Source: Mytilus californianus
Lineage: Eukaryota
Length of the DNA: 64,000 nucleotides
Direction: 5' to 3'
Assembly: GCF_021869535.1 (NCBI RefSeq)
Contig: NW_026262581.1
Span: 82,894,001-82,958,000, forward strand
Part shown: positions 9,275-21,189 of the stretch, piece by piece
Layout of the letters: each line of letters starts with the position of its first letter
How positions within the stretch are numbered: position 1 is the stretch's first letter
Made by a program: the position numbers and the translations under genes
The notes under the pieces: generated by a model
The model's input: the letters and a program-made list of their open reading frames with translations, nothing else
The model's database searches: none
What the model was told of the DNA's origin: nothing

Positions 9275-11360
9275 ATGGCTGCAATTGAACCTAATCCATG
9301 GTTCCGGGTTCTCCCACCAGAGCCAATACACCTTATCGCTATTTGTCCGCCATTACTGGACATCACACAAGTTCCCGTAAAATTTTGACGTCATAATAGA
9401 AAATATCTGACGCCACAATGGAAAAGTGATTGTTGTATGACGTCAAAAGTTCGAGCGGGACTGATTCTCGGGTCAAGCGGGATTAGCGATAATGTGTATG
9501 AATGACCCACCGTTTAATAGAGCACCCACTGGACCCATTAATATGCCGCCCAGAGATGCCGCGCCGATAGCCTACTTTTATTTGCTGTTTTCTATTGACC
9601 TCATCAAAGAGTTTGTCAAACAAACAAACAGGTTGGTAAAATAATCTTTTCTGAGTTAGTTTATAGTTACTAGACGTATCTTTCATAGCCATATTGCAAT
9701 TTTTTACCATCAATATAGAACCAACGCGCCGTTGAAATGTTAATGACACAGTCAATAAAATAATCAACAAAGTCATACAATTTAAATCTTTGTGATTACA
9801 AGTTGTTTCATTTTATGACATTGTTCTTTCTAAAACATAATTTAGAAATTTTTTGAACACTTTTATATCCACCTGCTGAAATGGTATGTGTAGACCGGTC
9901 AAGATAATAGAAAGACAGCCTAACACGACTGTTTGTTCGTTCAGCTCAATAAAGAAATGAACATTATGTTTTTCTGTGGTTGCGTTGCAGCTTGCTGAGA
10001 TACAGGGGAAGCGCCCCAATGACAGGATATAAAATATCACAAAAGCACGTGTAACTCAAAAGAAACGGTTATTCGGGCAGTATACGAAAACAAAACATTA
10101 AAAAGAACGGATATAAGTTACTGGCACGAAGACATCAACAAATCACCAAATACAAAAACAAATGAAGAAAATAAAAATAACCCCACTTAATCACCACCAC
10201 CAAAAAATATACATTTTCAAAGTATTATGGTCGTTCCCTTAAAAACATAGATATTTACATAAAAGATTCTACGACTTTATATAATAGATGTATATGATTA
10301 TTTTTGAATTTTTTTGTAGATATGCAAAGAATCTTTGTAATGAAACCATTCGCCAAACCAGTCGATTTTCGAGAAAAATGCAGTGGCAGAAGGAGGGTAA
10401 ACTGACCATACCTGAGTTTAAGGGATTCCTTGCCGTTTTTTATAACATGGGCTTAATTAGGAAAGTATCATTTGAAGAATATTGGAATAAGCACAGTCCA
10501 TCTCAGTCTACACCCTGGTTCCGTTGTATGTTTAGTCGAAACAGATTCCAAAACATCTTAAAATTTTTGCACCTGGTGGACACCAAAAAACTCCCTAAGC
10601 GTAATGATCCTGCTTACAAACCATCTCAAAGGTTCAAACCGTTACTTGATTTCGTTAACAGGAAATTTTTACGGTATTATAATCCCCGCAGAGAACTTGC
10701 TGTAGATGAATCCCTTGTTGGTACAAAAGGAAAGACAAGTATGTTACAGTATATACCAAGTAAACGTTCAAGGTTTGGCGTTAAATTCTGGATGTTGGTC
10801 GAGTCCGTCACCGGGTATGTTTTACAGATGGATGTATATCACGGGAAACGTTTCGATCACACTCCTGCTGGAACATTACAAGGAACAAATGTAGTAATAA
10901 ATTTAATGAAGAATTCGCATCTTCTTGGGAAAGGCTTTCATGTTTTCGCCGATAGCTTTTTTGCTTCACTTAATTTAGCTAACAAATTATTGAGAGAGCG
11001 TACGTATCTCACAGGCACAATGAGAACAAATAGACCTATGCCACAGATGATAAAAAATGCACGTCCGCAGGCAGGGAATGCTGTTTACGCTAGACAAAGA
11101 CAAATCATGCTTTGCCGTTTCCGCGACCACAACAGAAAAAAACCCGTCACATTGGTGTCTACTTACTACAATGCTATTGATACACTAAACGGTTAACCTA
11201 GGATCATAGGCGCGTATAATACATTTATGGGCGGTGTCGACCTTAGCGACCAATTGATTGGCGCATATAATGATCACAGGAAATGCAGTAAAGTATGGAA
11301 AAAAATTATATATCACATATTTCATCGCATTATGTTAAACGCGTATATGCTACTCAAAGT
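9275..11360 (+). pseudogene. Intron-containing piggyBac (DDE_Tnp_1_7 / PGBD4-like) transposase pseudogene: join(9275-9327, 9500-9631, 10320-~11360)
   Basis: MAAIEPNPWFRVLPPEPM-NDPPFNRAPTGPINMPPRDAAPIAYFYLLFSIDLIKEFVKQTNR|YAKNL... GT-AG intron 9632-10319. Catalytic motifs AVDESLV, FADSFF and MGGVDLSDQ. TAA at 11194-11196 precedes the third Asp. C-terminal Cys-rich domain missing. Confidence 0.85.
9328..9497. mobile_element. 170-bp MITE inserted in piggyBac exon 1
   Basis: TIR ACACCTTATCGCTA / TAGCGATAATGTGT (1 mismatch). Removing it with one AT copy restores the transposase frame. Confidence 0.8.
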
Positions 11361-11659
11361 TCAATTACTCGTAAAGTGTGAAATTAAATCAAGCATTTTC
11401 ATTGACGTTACCGATATTTACAGATTATCTATGCTAAGTGTTAATAGATGTGGGAAGTGAAAGGACATCTTCACCAATGTTCGAGAAATTTGGTCATTCC
11501 CGCCACATTCTGTATAAGCTTATCCCAAGTCAGGAGCCTGTAATTCAGTGGTTGTCGTTGGTGTTTTTTTATTCGTTTGTTGTTTTATCATGATAAGCGA
11601 AGACGTTGGTTTTCTCGTTTGAGTTGTGTACACCACGGGTTGCCTGGGGGTATGGAAAT

Positions 11660-11960
11660 TGTGATCATCCCTTGGTCTGCTTCAAACCAGCATAAAACAT
11701 GCCAACGTGTGGCTTCTGTTTGGATGTGCGGTATGTATGAATATGTAACCACGTCCGGTTAAAATTAGGACGTTACATCCGATGCCACTTGTATCTAGAG
11801 TGAGTTCCACGCTCTCCGTATGTTAAAGCACCTTTGCAACAAATCTTTGAAATGTCCGTAGATGGCCTGTTGCAAGACTTAATTTCTGTCCCTATCCAAT
11901 ATACCCTCATTTTCCAGATTGGCATTTCACAGTTTTCGCCCTTTATCCTAGTACCATAAC
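11660..11960 (+). mobile_element. SINE remnant with Deu/Nin-like domain
   Basis: GGACGTTACATCCGATGCC..GAGTTCCACGCTCTCCGTATGTTAAAGCACCTTTGCAAC..GGCCTGTTGCAAG. Family assignment from memory. Confidence 0.45.
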
Positions 11961-12407
11961 TAGTTGAAATCAAAATGAATACAGACAATGATTTACATTG
12001 AACAAAGTGTATACCGCAAATGTACCCTTGAATTTTCAATTACACGACAGCAACGAGTGACTCCTACTTGGTTGTACGCCAAATGAATAATATTAATTGG
12101 GGAATAGGGGGTACTTTTACAGTCAGATAATAATGTAAAATAAAGCAAGAGCTAAAATAAATAAAATTTTTAATTTTGGTGACATTTCAAACGGTATGCA
12201 TTAAACTGACAAGACTGATAGCGACTATAGGTTCTGTGTTAATATTTCGACACAAACACTATTCAATTTATTATATGATTAAAACTCAAGGGTTGAATTG
12301 TGTATATATAGAATGGACTTCTTACGTCCGACCGTAAAAAACATGCTAAAGTAGAACGTCCGTTATCTTGTGTAGAATGTGTAAATACGCAACCACTTCT
12401 GGTAACA

Positions 12408-12577
12408 CTCTCTACACATTAGGTACAAAGACCTTGCAACTCTCTACACATTACAACGACCTTGCAACCCTCTACACATTACAACTACCTTGCAACTCTC
12501 TACACATTACAGCGACCTTGCAACTATACACATTACAGCGACCTTGCAACTCTCTACATATAACAACGACCTTGCAA
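12408..12577 (+). repeat. 28-bp minisatellite (~6 units) inside a SINE copy
   Basis: Unit CTCTCTACACATTACAACGACCTTGCAA, flanked by SINE body on both sides (12315-12400, 12580-12790). Confidence 0.9.
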
Positions 12578-13229
12578 TAATTCTCTGAGGGAAGGACTGT
12601 TGCAGGGCATTTATAAACGATCCGACATAACCTTATCTAGTGACCGTTCAAATTCCCCACCCGTTATTTCGGTCGAAATGCCTTGCAAAACCTATCTGTT
12701 GTATTAAATGTTAATTTGTTCTCGTCCTGTAAATGTATGAAATATGTGCCACTGAACATTAAGGAAACACCGGGTAATCATTCGATTTTCATTGTATCTA
12801 AGTTTAAATGTGAATAGGGAAAAGATGAAGGGGAGAAAACATTGTCATCCTTCATTAAGCAACGTCACGGCCTGTCGTTAATTCATATATGTACAGTCTT
12901 TCTTCATACATGTATAGTCTTAATTCATACATGTACAGTCTTTCTTCATACATGTACAGTCTTTCTTTATACATGTATAGTCTTTCTTCATACATGTACA
13001 GCAGTCTTACTTCATACATGTAAAGTCTTTCTTCGTACATGTATTGTCTTACTTCATACATGTACAGTCTCATTTTATACAGTTTTACCTCATACATTTG
13101 TACATATAGTCTTATTTCTTACACGTACAGTCTTTCTTTATACGTGTATAGTCTTACTTCACACATGTACAGTCTTAATTCATACATGTATAGTCTTACT
13201 TTATACATGTGTTACCTTTTCAACACTGT

Positions 13230-14030
13230 AATTAATCTTTGAATATTGTTTTTATTGGTATACATATTGATTTTGTTATCAGTGAATTAAAACCATACTA
13301 AATATTACACATATGTACTTTCACGGTACTACAATCTGTAGATACCTATAGTTTGGCATTGTACAAGGTCATGTTTTTCTCGGACTGTTAATGACGTTTT
13401 TACACTAAATCCATTGGATGTTGGATGTGTACTGATTTATATTTCATTCTTAGATACATGATTTTTTTTATTATATGTTATTGGCTTTGAACTAGCTGTC
13501 AGTAACTGCGAGTACTCTCAGGTCTGTACTTTGTGTCTTTTTGTTGTGGGGATGTAGAAGTACCCGTCCACGTCCACTGTGTGTTTTTGTTAGATGTATT
13601 TCTATTTGTATCCATCTGATGAGTTAAGCCTTGTTCAAATGATTTGTAAAGTTTGTTCTTATGTTGTACTGTTACACCACTGTTCAGGTTAGGGGGAGGG
13701 TTGAGCGCTCACAAACATGTTTAACCCCGCCACATTCTTTATGCGCCAGTCCCAAGTCAGGAGCCTGTAGTTCAGTGGTTGTCGTTGGTTCATGTCTGTC
13801 ATATTTGTTTTTCGTAAATTTGTTTGGTTATAAATTAGGCCGATAGTTTTCTATATTGAATTGTTTCATATTTTTCATGTCGGTGCCTTTTATAGCCGAC
13901 CATATGGTATGGGTTTTTCTCATTGTTGAAGGTCGTACGATTGCCTATAATTGCTTACATCCACTTCATTTGAACTTTGGTGGATAGTTGTCTCATTGGC
14001 AATCATACCACATCTCCTTACTTTTATATA
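13230..14030 (+). mobile_element. Abundant Mytilus-type interspersed repeat (probably Penelope-like pLTR/UTR-derived) interrupting the minisatellite
   Basis: CCCAAGTCAGGAGCC and TTGTTGAAGG..GCAATCATACCACATCTCC motifs, recurring at 11525, 24750, 27235-27600, 55860 and 60210-60520. Confidence 0.6.
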
Positions 14031-14282
14031 GTCTTACTTCATACATGTACAGTCTTATTTCATACATGTACAATCTTACTTCATGCATGTACAGTCTTTC
14101 TTCATACATGTACAGTCTTACTTCATACATGTACAGTCTTTCTTCGTACGTGTATAGTCTGTCTTTATACATGTATTGTCTTACTTCATACATGTACAGT
14201 CTCATTTCATACAATTACAGTTTTACTTCATACATTTGTACATGTAGTCTTATTTCATAGATGTACAGTCTTAATAAATACA

Positions 14283-14890
14283 TAAAATTGAGAATGTAAA
14301 TAGGGAATGTGTCAAAGAGACAACATCCCGACCAAAGAGCAGAAAACAGTCGAAGGCCACCAATGGGTCTTCAAAACAGCGAGAAAATCCCGCACCTGGA
14401 GGCGGGCTTCATCTGGTCCTTAAACAAAAATGTGTACTAGTTCAATAAAAAAGACGTCACACTGAACTCCAAAACATATAAATGAACAAAAATTAAAAAA
14501 CATACAAGACTAACAAAGGCCAGAGGCTCCTGACTTGGGACAGGCGCAAAAATGCGGCGGGGTTAAACATGTTTTGTGAGATCTCAACCCTCCCCCTATA
14601 CCTCTAGCCAATGTAGAATAAACAAACACACTACAATACGCACAGTAAAACTCAGTTGTAAAGAAGTCCGAGTCTGATGTCAGAATAGGTAACAAAAGAA
14701 ACTAAGCAAAATGACAATGATACATAAATTAGCAAAGGTCTACTAGCAGTTACTGACATGCCAGCTCCAAACCTCAATTAAACTGATTGAAAGATTATGT
14801 CTTCATCATATGAAAATCAAGCACAATCCCTCCCGTTATAGGGGTTTAGTATCAACCTATCATAAAATATATGAGAAGAACATAACCCGT
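14283..14890 (-). mobile_element. Second, opposite-orientation copy of a related interspersed repeat inside the minisatellite
   Basis: GGCTCCTGACTTGGGACAGGCGC and GGGGTTAAACATG are reverse complements of motifs in 13230-14030. Confidence 0.6.
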
Positions 14891-15826
14891 ATCATGTACA
14901 GTCTTTATACATGTATAGTTTTACTTCATACATATACATGAATGTACAGTTTTTCTTCATACATATACATGTACAGTCTTACTTCATACATATACTTCCT
15001 TGATGTACATGTAGGTAAGAAGAATGAGGTAAAGAACGAGAGTGGTTAGATCATGGCGGTATATCTAATTTATAATAATCTTTCAAGAAGCTTAATCATG
15101 CATTCTAATTACCATATTAAATTTCAAAAAGAAACCTTTTGACAAAAAATATATTTTGAAGAATGTAGTTGACTTTGAGAAAAAGTTTCTAAACAATTCT
15201 GGTACATTCATTGTGTTAAAAATTGTAATTTCTCTTTATGAATCATTAATTTAAAAAAAAAGAAACATTAATTTTGGAAAATGGAAAATTGTAGAAAACG
15301 TCAAGGTGAAGAACCACTATTGGTTGGTATAATGATTCATGACATTTACAAGAAGGTAACAAAATCAAATTATATCTTTTTTCTTCATTCTATGCGTCAG
15401 GCTCATTTTTGGAAAGGTGGAAAGATACTTTTGCAGTGGTACCTCATTCGTTATGATCTATATACAATACCAAATTGATAGGGAAGAAACGACAGCTTCA
15501 CATATTGAAACAATACACAACATGCGTACTTAAATGCTAAATACACGTATCATCAGCTATGGGACATGGAAAAGCGGGGAACCGGGAAAACACTACCAAA
15601 AATTGAAGAATAATTCTTAGAATACTTTAAACTTCCCATTAAAGTATATCACCAATTAATGATAAGAATATTCATTATGCATTTTTCGTTAGTGCTTTAT
15701 TTTGCTCTCTGCCCCATTTCCCATTTTACCTTATGTATAGAGATATATAAGTTGATTTTCTAGGCACTTTATATATATATTTCGCTACCTGTGAGTATGA
15801 CACAAGTATATTTATACAAGATCTAC

Positions 15827-16791
15827 CTTAGACATGCGCATTTAACTTTACATTTAGGACAATTAGAATATTCTTTGTGGCATTTGCAAGAGGGTCCACA
15901 ACGACATCCAGCTCCAATGCAGGATTCACCACAGATACATTAAGTTGCTGAAAAAGAAATAATTTACAGTTGTTCAGAAATACTTTGAGTTTAGTCGATA
16001 AAATGATTATGTATGGAAAACAACTGAACAAATATAAACTAGAGGCTCTAAAGAGCCTGTGTCGCTCAGTAGTTTCAGAGAAGATTTTTGTAAAAGTTAA
16101 CGACGGCGGACGACGACAACTACAACGACGACGGACGACGGACGCCAAGTGATGAGAAAAAGCTCACTTGGCTCTTCGGGCCAGGTGAGCTAAAAATTGA
16201 CCAAATGATATGGTTTACCATGAGAAAAAATATACAATATAAACTGACTGTTATACAATACAAATGGATAATAATTGTAGAATATAGAGTTTTTACAGGC
16301 TGTTTCTGTATTGGCCCTATTATAGATTCGAGGTTAGTTGTATTGAACCGAGACCTTATCGCATTATTCAGGCACTAGAAAATACTAAATCAAGTAAGTC
16401 GTGGAAAGAAAGGCAACTCTAAGTATATAAAGTGGGAAATGGGGTATAATTGCCAATTAAAAAACTGTCAACCAGAGACCAAGTGACATGGAAATCAACA
16501 AATGCATATCACTGGACAGCCTTTAACAATTAGCAAATCCCATACCGTTTATTTAGTTATAAAAGGCCCCGACATGAAATGTCAAAACTAATGTAAACAA
16601 TTCAAACGAGAAAACCAACTGTCTCATCTATGAACAACACAATAAACGAGACAGTAAGTACAGTATTTATTGAAAAAGTTTTTACTCATCAGATCATTAA
16701 GCAAAAGCAACTACAAAATATTTCACAATAATAAAAAGCAGGCAAAGATAGATTGTTACCTACTTCCTATTAACTTACATGGCACTGACAT
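15827..16791 (-). pseudogene. MT: Divergent metallothionein (pseudo)gene, exon 1 16791-16764, exon 2 15947-15827; exon 3 not found
   Basis: Exon 1 is 28 nt (MSVPCKLIG + A|GTAGGT). Exon 2 follows a TTTCTTTTTCAG acceptor: T-T-*-CICGESCIGAGCRCGPSCKCHKEYSNCPKCKVKCACL. This is colinear with Mytilus MT10 as I recall it ([49 protein letters not shown]). In-frame TAA at 15942-15940. Confidence 0.8.
16036..16195 (+). mobile_element. Short HINE/Helentron-like element in MT intron 1
   Basis: 5' hairpin GGCTCTAAAGAGCC, (GAC)n/GACG microsatellite, and 3' hairpin AGCTCACTTGGCTCTTCGGGCCAGGTGAGCT followed by an A-run. Confidence 0.65.
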
Positions 16792-16840
16792 CTGAATGTT
16801 CTAAAATAATTTCTGAATACAAGGATACGTTGAAAGTGTC

Positions 16841-16847
16841 GTGCGCA
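16841..16847 (-). promoter_or_regulatory. Candidate metal response element core TGCGCAC
   Basis: Matches TGCRCNC 50 nt upstream of the MT ATG. A short motif that could be chance. Confidence 0.35.
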
Positions 16848-19800
16848 AATTGAAATACAATTGCATTAAGTTGGAACGACTTTCAATCGATTTTCAAGGT
16901 AATTACATTAGATACATACATGCATATGTTGCATTAACTTATCAAAACATCAGGTTGTTTGTCAATTTGTCAATTGATAAAATATATAAAATTATATGTT
17001 GTATCAACAAGATGATTTTAAAAGATCGAAATCAGCAATTGATCATAAATATATATTCATAGGGCTTTTTGTACAGGATATAAGATATAGGTTTTAATGT
17101 AGTATATATGAGAAAATGTGTTCATCATCACGAATGTTGATATTGATAATAATTTTTTATCAATCCCAAACAAAGAGAATCATTGACTATGCTTGTTGTG
17201 TTTCTTTACCTTCTTTTTTCATGCGTGTACATGATGGCGAAAAAATTTAAACAGTACATTTATATCAATTCTATTGTCTGTAGATAGTTTTTGAAAATTC
17301 GAATAAGATAAAAGGGGATATAATTGAACTGCAAAACTGCTTTTAGATCTGATGGGTAGAGCTTAAAAAAGTTGTCCATGTTGTAAACTCACGAATCCAT
17401 TGTCAATAAACCAACCAAGGGGCAACACGTGGGGTGGATTATTGTCTCCTGGTCTACATGCAGCAACCACCATGCGAATTCAAACTAAGTAAAAAATATC
17501 ACGACAGGGAATTAGAAACAATAGGTAAAGTTTTTTCCTTTTGTTTAGGCGTACTTATCATATATATATATATATATATATCTATAAGAAACAAATATTT
17601 CATACAATGAACGGAGGCCTCAAATTGGTTTTACAGCTATTTTTGTTTGTGGGTTTACGAAAAAGTAGAAACTAATTCTGCTTTGTTATCATAATTTTAG
17701 ATAAATAATAATAATAATAATAAAAATGATCAAATGAAAAAATAAATGTGGCTGTGAAATCATCCCATCCCACCTGTTAAAAATGCAGTACCTTGTTCTG
17801 TCGAATAGTTTGTCAATGCTGTTGCAACACGGGAAATTTATCTATAATCCAGGATTTGGAAAAAACAACCGAACAAACAAACAAAAAACAACAACCTTCA
17901 TGTACGAGCAAGTGCTATAAAAAGGCTATATGAATAGCAATGTTTCTACATGAAACATGCAACTTGTTTGTGTTTCTTGTTTGTGCTTGGTTTCTGCAGC
18001 GTTAAAGCTAGGGAAAAGTCAAAACACACCACTGAAATGCCTGTTTTCCTGGGAATATCGCTCTTTTATCTTGTGGTTATTGGATTTTTGAGGTAGACAG
18101 GATCTTTTAATAATGTCTGCTACTGGGGGATAACACTGTCTCACAAGGATTCATACATGGCTTTAATAGTTCATCATCTATTCTTCATATCAATGTTGAC
18201 ACCATGTCATTTCAATCAAAGATGTGAAGAAGCAATGGATTATAAGTTATCTCTGTGGAGTAAATCTAAATAGCTTTTAATCCTGGGATTTCTATAAGCA
18301 GCTAACAATGACGAAAACGACAGAGTTACAACTTTACGATGCGAGATGATTAAAGCAAATGATATTGATTTTACCGAGCATGAAGCTTTGCAGCGACAAA
18401 TAAGTTTGCAGAATACCTTTGAAAGGTGGGTTAGGAGATAAGATATTGGAAATTATTTGTTTGATCGATTTGTCCGACGGCAAAAAAAGAAACTACTACT
18501 TAATTAATTACTTCCGGTAAGTAGATTTGAAATTGGTATTTTTCGTAACTTATTATGAAACACAAGACTTCTATATGCATGCATTTTGATCTATATGACA
18601 TATGCAGAATTTTGTAACTAGATATTCTGCTGCAGGTATGTCATTTGAGACGTGCATGTACATTTATGTTTAAAACATGTCAAAGACATGATCTAAAGTT
18701 ACTTTTTTGTTCCACTGGACGTTAATTGAATTTCTTTTTTACATACTGATAATTGAACATCGTGTTTAATCTTTTTAGCAAGCTAAGCATAAAGATTTTA
18801 TATATTTTGATGGATATAACTAATTTCAGTCGTTGATCGAGAAATTGATAATTCAGATAGGCATGTGTTCTGAGCAGGGGTAATCAGGAATAGAAGGGGT
18901 TCAGTAAAATTCCCACCTAATTGGAAGAACACATCTTTTAACTTTTAATTTCCCAAAATTGTATTAATTTTATCATTAAAAAACAGTTGTGTCAACAATA
19001 TATTATAGAAGTATGCAAAGATAAATTTATATGCGCATGTAAATGATACAAAGCAATTTAAAATTGGGTTTTCTGTAATTTCACCTTTGAAATACGTGTT
19101 GGTTTAACAACAGATGAGAGGAAATGAATTCATTGAATTCAAGCCAGGTTACATACGATTTATAAAATATTCATTGATAATCGATAAATCTATTGGAGAA
19201 AAATGTTCTTGGTACAAATCATGTGAAGTGGAAAGTGTGTTATATCGGCTTTTAACATTCAACGTAATTATGTATAGACATAGACTTTTACTTTTTACGT
19301 TTATCAAAAATAACCAATTTTCACCAAAATAAAGGTCTATATTACGACATTCAAAACTACCATGACTTTATTATAAGGGATCATGATTATATGCAATAAA
19401 CACGATTACCTGTCGACTGTATTATCAATTGGAAATTATAAAATATATCTATAACATCTATTAACATGTCTTGACTTTTCAATACTAACACGGTGATTAA
19501 GTCTCCGTCATGTACCTGTGTTTAATACCTGACTATAAAAAAGGGTTTTTAGCTGCAATATTTAAAAACAAAGTATTATATCTCAATGGAATTAATAGAT
19601 ATGTAAGATAATGCACTTTTCAAATAGGTAAATTCATATAATATAACACTTTTCAAGGGGCCAACCTACTTTTGCGCGAATTTGCATTTTGACAGGTATT
19701 ACGTTTGCGCGAACAACTCGTATTACGTTTGCGCGAACAACTCGTATTACGTTTGCGCGAATTTACACTTGAAAATAACATGAGCTTAACGAAGTTTTGT

Positions 19801-20310
19801 TATAATTAGTTATATTTAGTTATATTGAGCAATACATAATCCATTCGTTAATATAAACGTCTTGAATAAAATACAGTGTGTATTCCCCGGAAAAGAATAT
19901 TTAAAACATAGAATGGAATAAATATACAATATTATATAACCAGACTCAAGATAAAATTTATTTGACGAGCTTTAGAAACAGAGAGAAAAACGAGCTTCTC
20001 CAGATTCGAAGCGAGTACAAATATGTTTTGTATTTTCCTACACTGCACGAATATTGTTTCATCCTGCAACATTGAGTTAAAAAGTATCGTTTTGTTTCCC
20101 ATCCTAATCGTTGCATATGTTTTTGAGTGACATCAACATGACTTAAACCCGGACCGCAATGAGAGCCCGTGTTTGATCAAAAATTAAAACACAGTATTTA
20201 TGTTCTATAAAGGAACAACAATCTTGTAACGGAGCAACTAATGATAACATAGGATGTGGTATTTCTCCAGTATGAACTTTAAAAAAATTTTCAATGGTGA
20301 ACTGAATTTT

Positions 20311-21182
20311 CTCCTTGTACAAGTTTCTTAGGGAAGGATAAATCGTACTTTGTGAAAAATCACTCTGATTCAAACAAAAATTTCTCTGAAATTGACATTA
20401 TCAAGATGATTAATTTCTTGATTGACAACATATTTGTTACGTTTGGACGTTCTCAACAAACAATCGGTATTCCCATCGAACTTGAAATAAAGTATACAAT
20501 AGATACAGTTAAGTCTTCCTCATAATTTGACTTATATCTAGAAATTGACAACGAAGGTCGGTTGAAAACAAAACTTTACGACAGAAGAGATGATTTCAGC
20601 TTCCCAATTGTGAACTTTCCATTTTTATGTAGCAACATTCCAGCATCGCCTGCATACAGGGTAAATACCTCCCAGTTGATACGATATTCCTAGGCTTGTA
20701 TTTCCTATCATGATTTCCTTGATAGAGGGTTGCTGTTCACAAGGGCACTATTAAACCAAAAGTTCCAAGGGGTAAAGTTGAAATCGTCCCTTCGTAAATT
20801 TTACGGACGCCATCATGAGTTGGTTGACCGTTATGGGATATCCTTTTCACAGATGACAACGGATATGTTCCAATTGTCGTAACTATAATCCCGCCCCCTT
20901 TTTCTCGAATGTGACATACCGAATTAAACTTATCACCTAGTTTGTACTAACATGAGCAACACGATGGATGCCACATGTGGAGCAGGATCTGCCTACCCTT
21001 CCGGAGCACCTGATATCACCCCCAGTTTTTGGTTGGGTTCGTGTTGCTCAGTCTTTAGTTTTCTATGTTATGTTTTGTGTACTATTGTTTGTCTGTTTGT
21101 CTCTTTTCTTTAGCCATGGCGTTATCAGTTTATTTTCGACTTGTGAGTTTGAATATCCCTTTGGTATCTTTCGCCTCTCTTG
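20311..21182 (+). mobile_element. Penelope-like (Naiad-type) RT 3' fragment with internal deletion
   Basis: Colinear with 62667-63729 but joins GIP to PIELEIK at TCCCAT (20471-20476), losing the YIDD segment. Confidence 0.85.
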
Positions 21183-21189
21183 TATGTGC

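Larger units (their letters stand above)
12880..15005. repeat. 21-bp minisatellite (GTACAGTCTTACTTCATACAT) in three blocks: ~12880-13210, ~14025-14275, ~14895-15005
   Basis: Directly visible tandem units. The source of the low-complexity LHTCTVL / YMYSLTS ORFs. Confidence 0.95.

Noticed and set aside
9483-10040. Minus-strand ORFs 9483-9776 and 9813-10040
   Set aside because: Antisense to piggyBac exon 1 and its intron; no recognisable domain.
12842-14285. Low-complexity ORFs (LHTCTV / YMYEVRL / YMYSLTS)
   Set aside because: They are translations of the minisatellite in several frames and on both strands, with no splice or promoter support.
11960-15826. Metallothionein exon 3 candidates
   Set aside because: No Cys-rich CxC..CSCK-type segment with an acceptor was found. 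The CAG|GTAGCG at ~15790 would need an implausible ~37-bp intron and runs into (TA)n.
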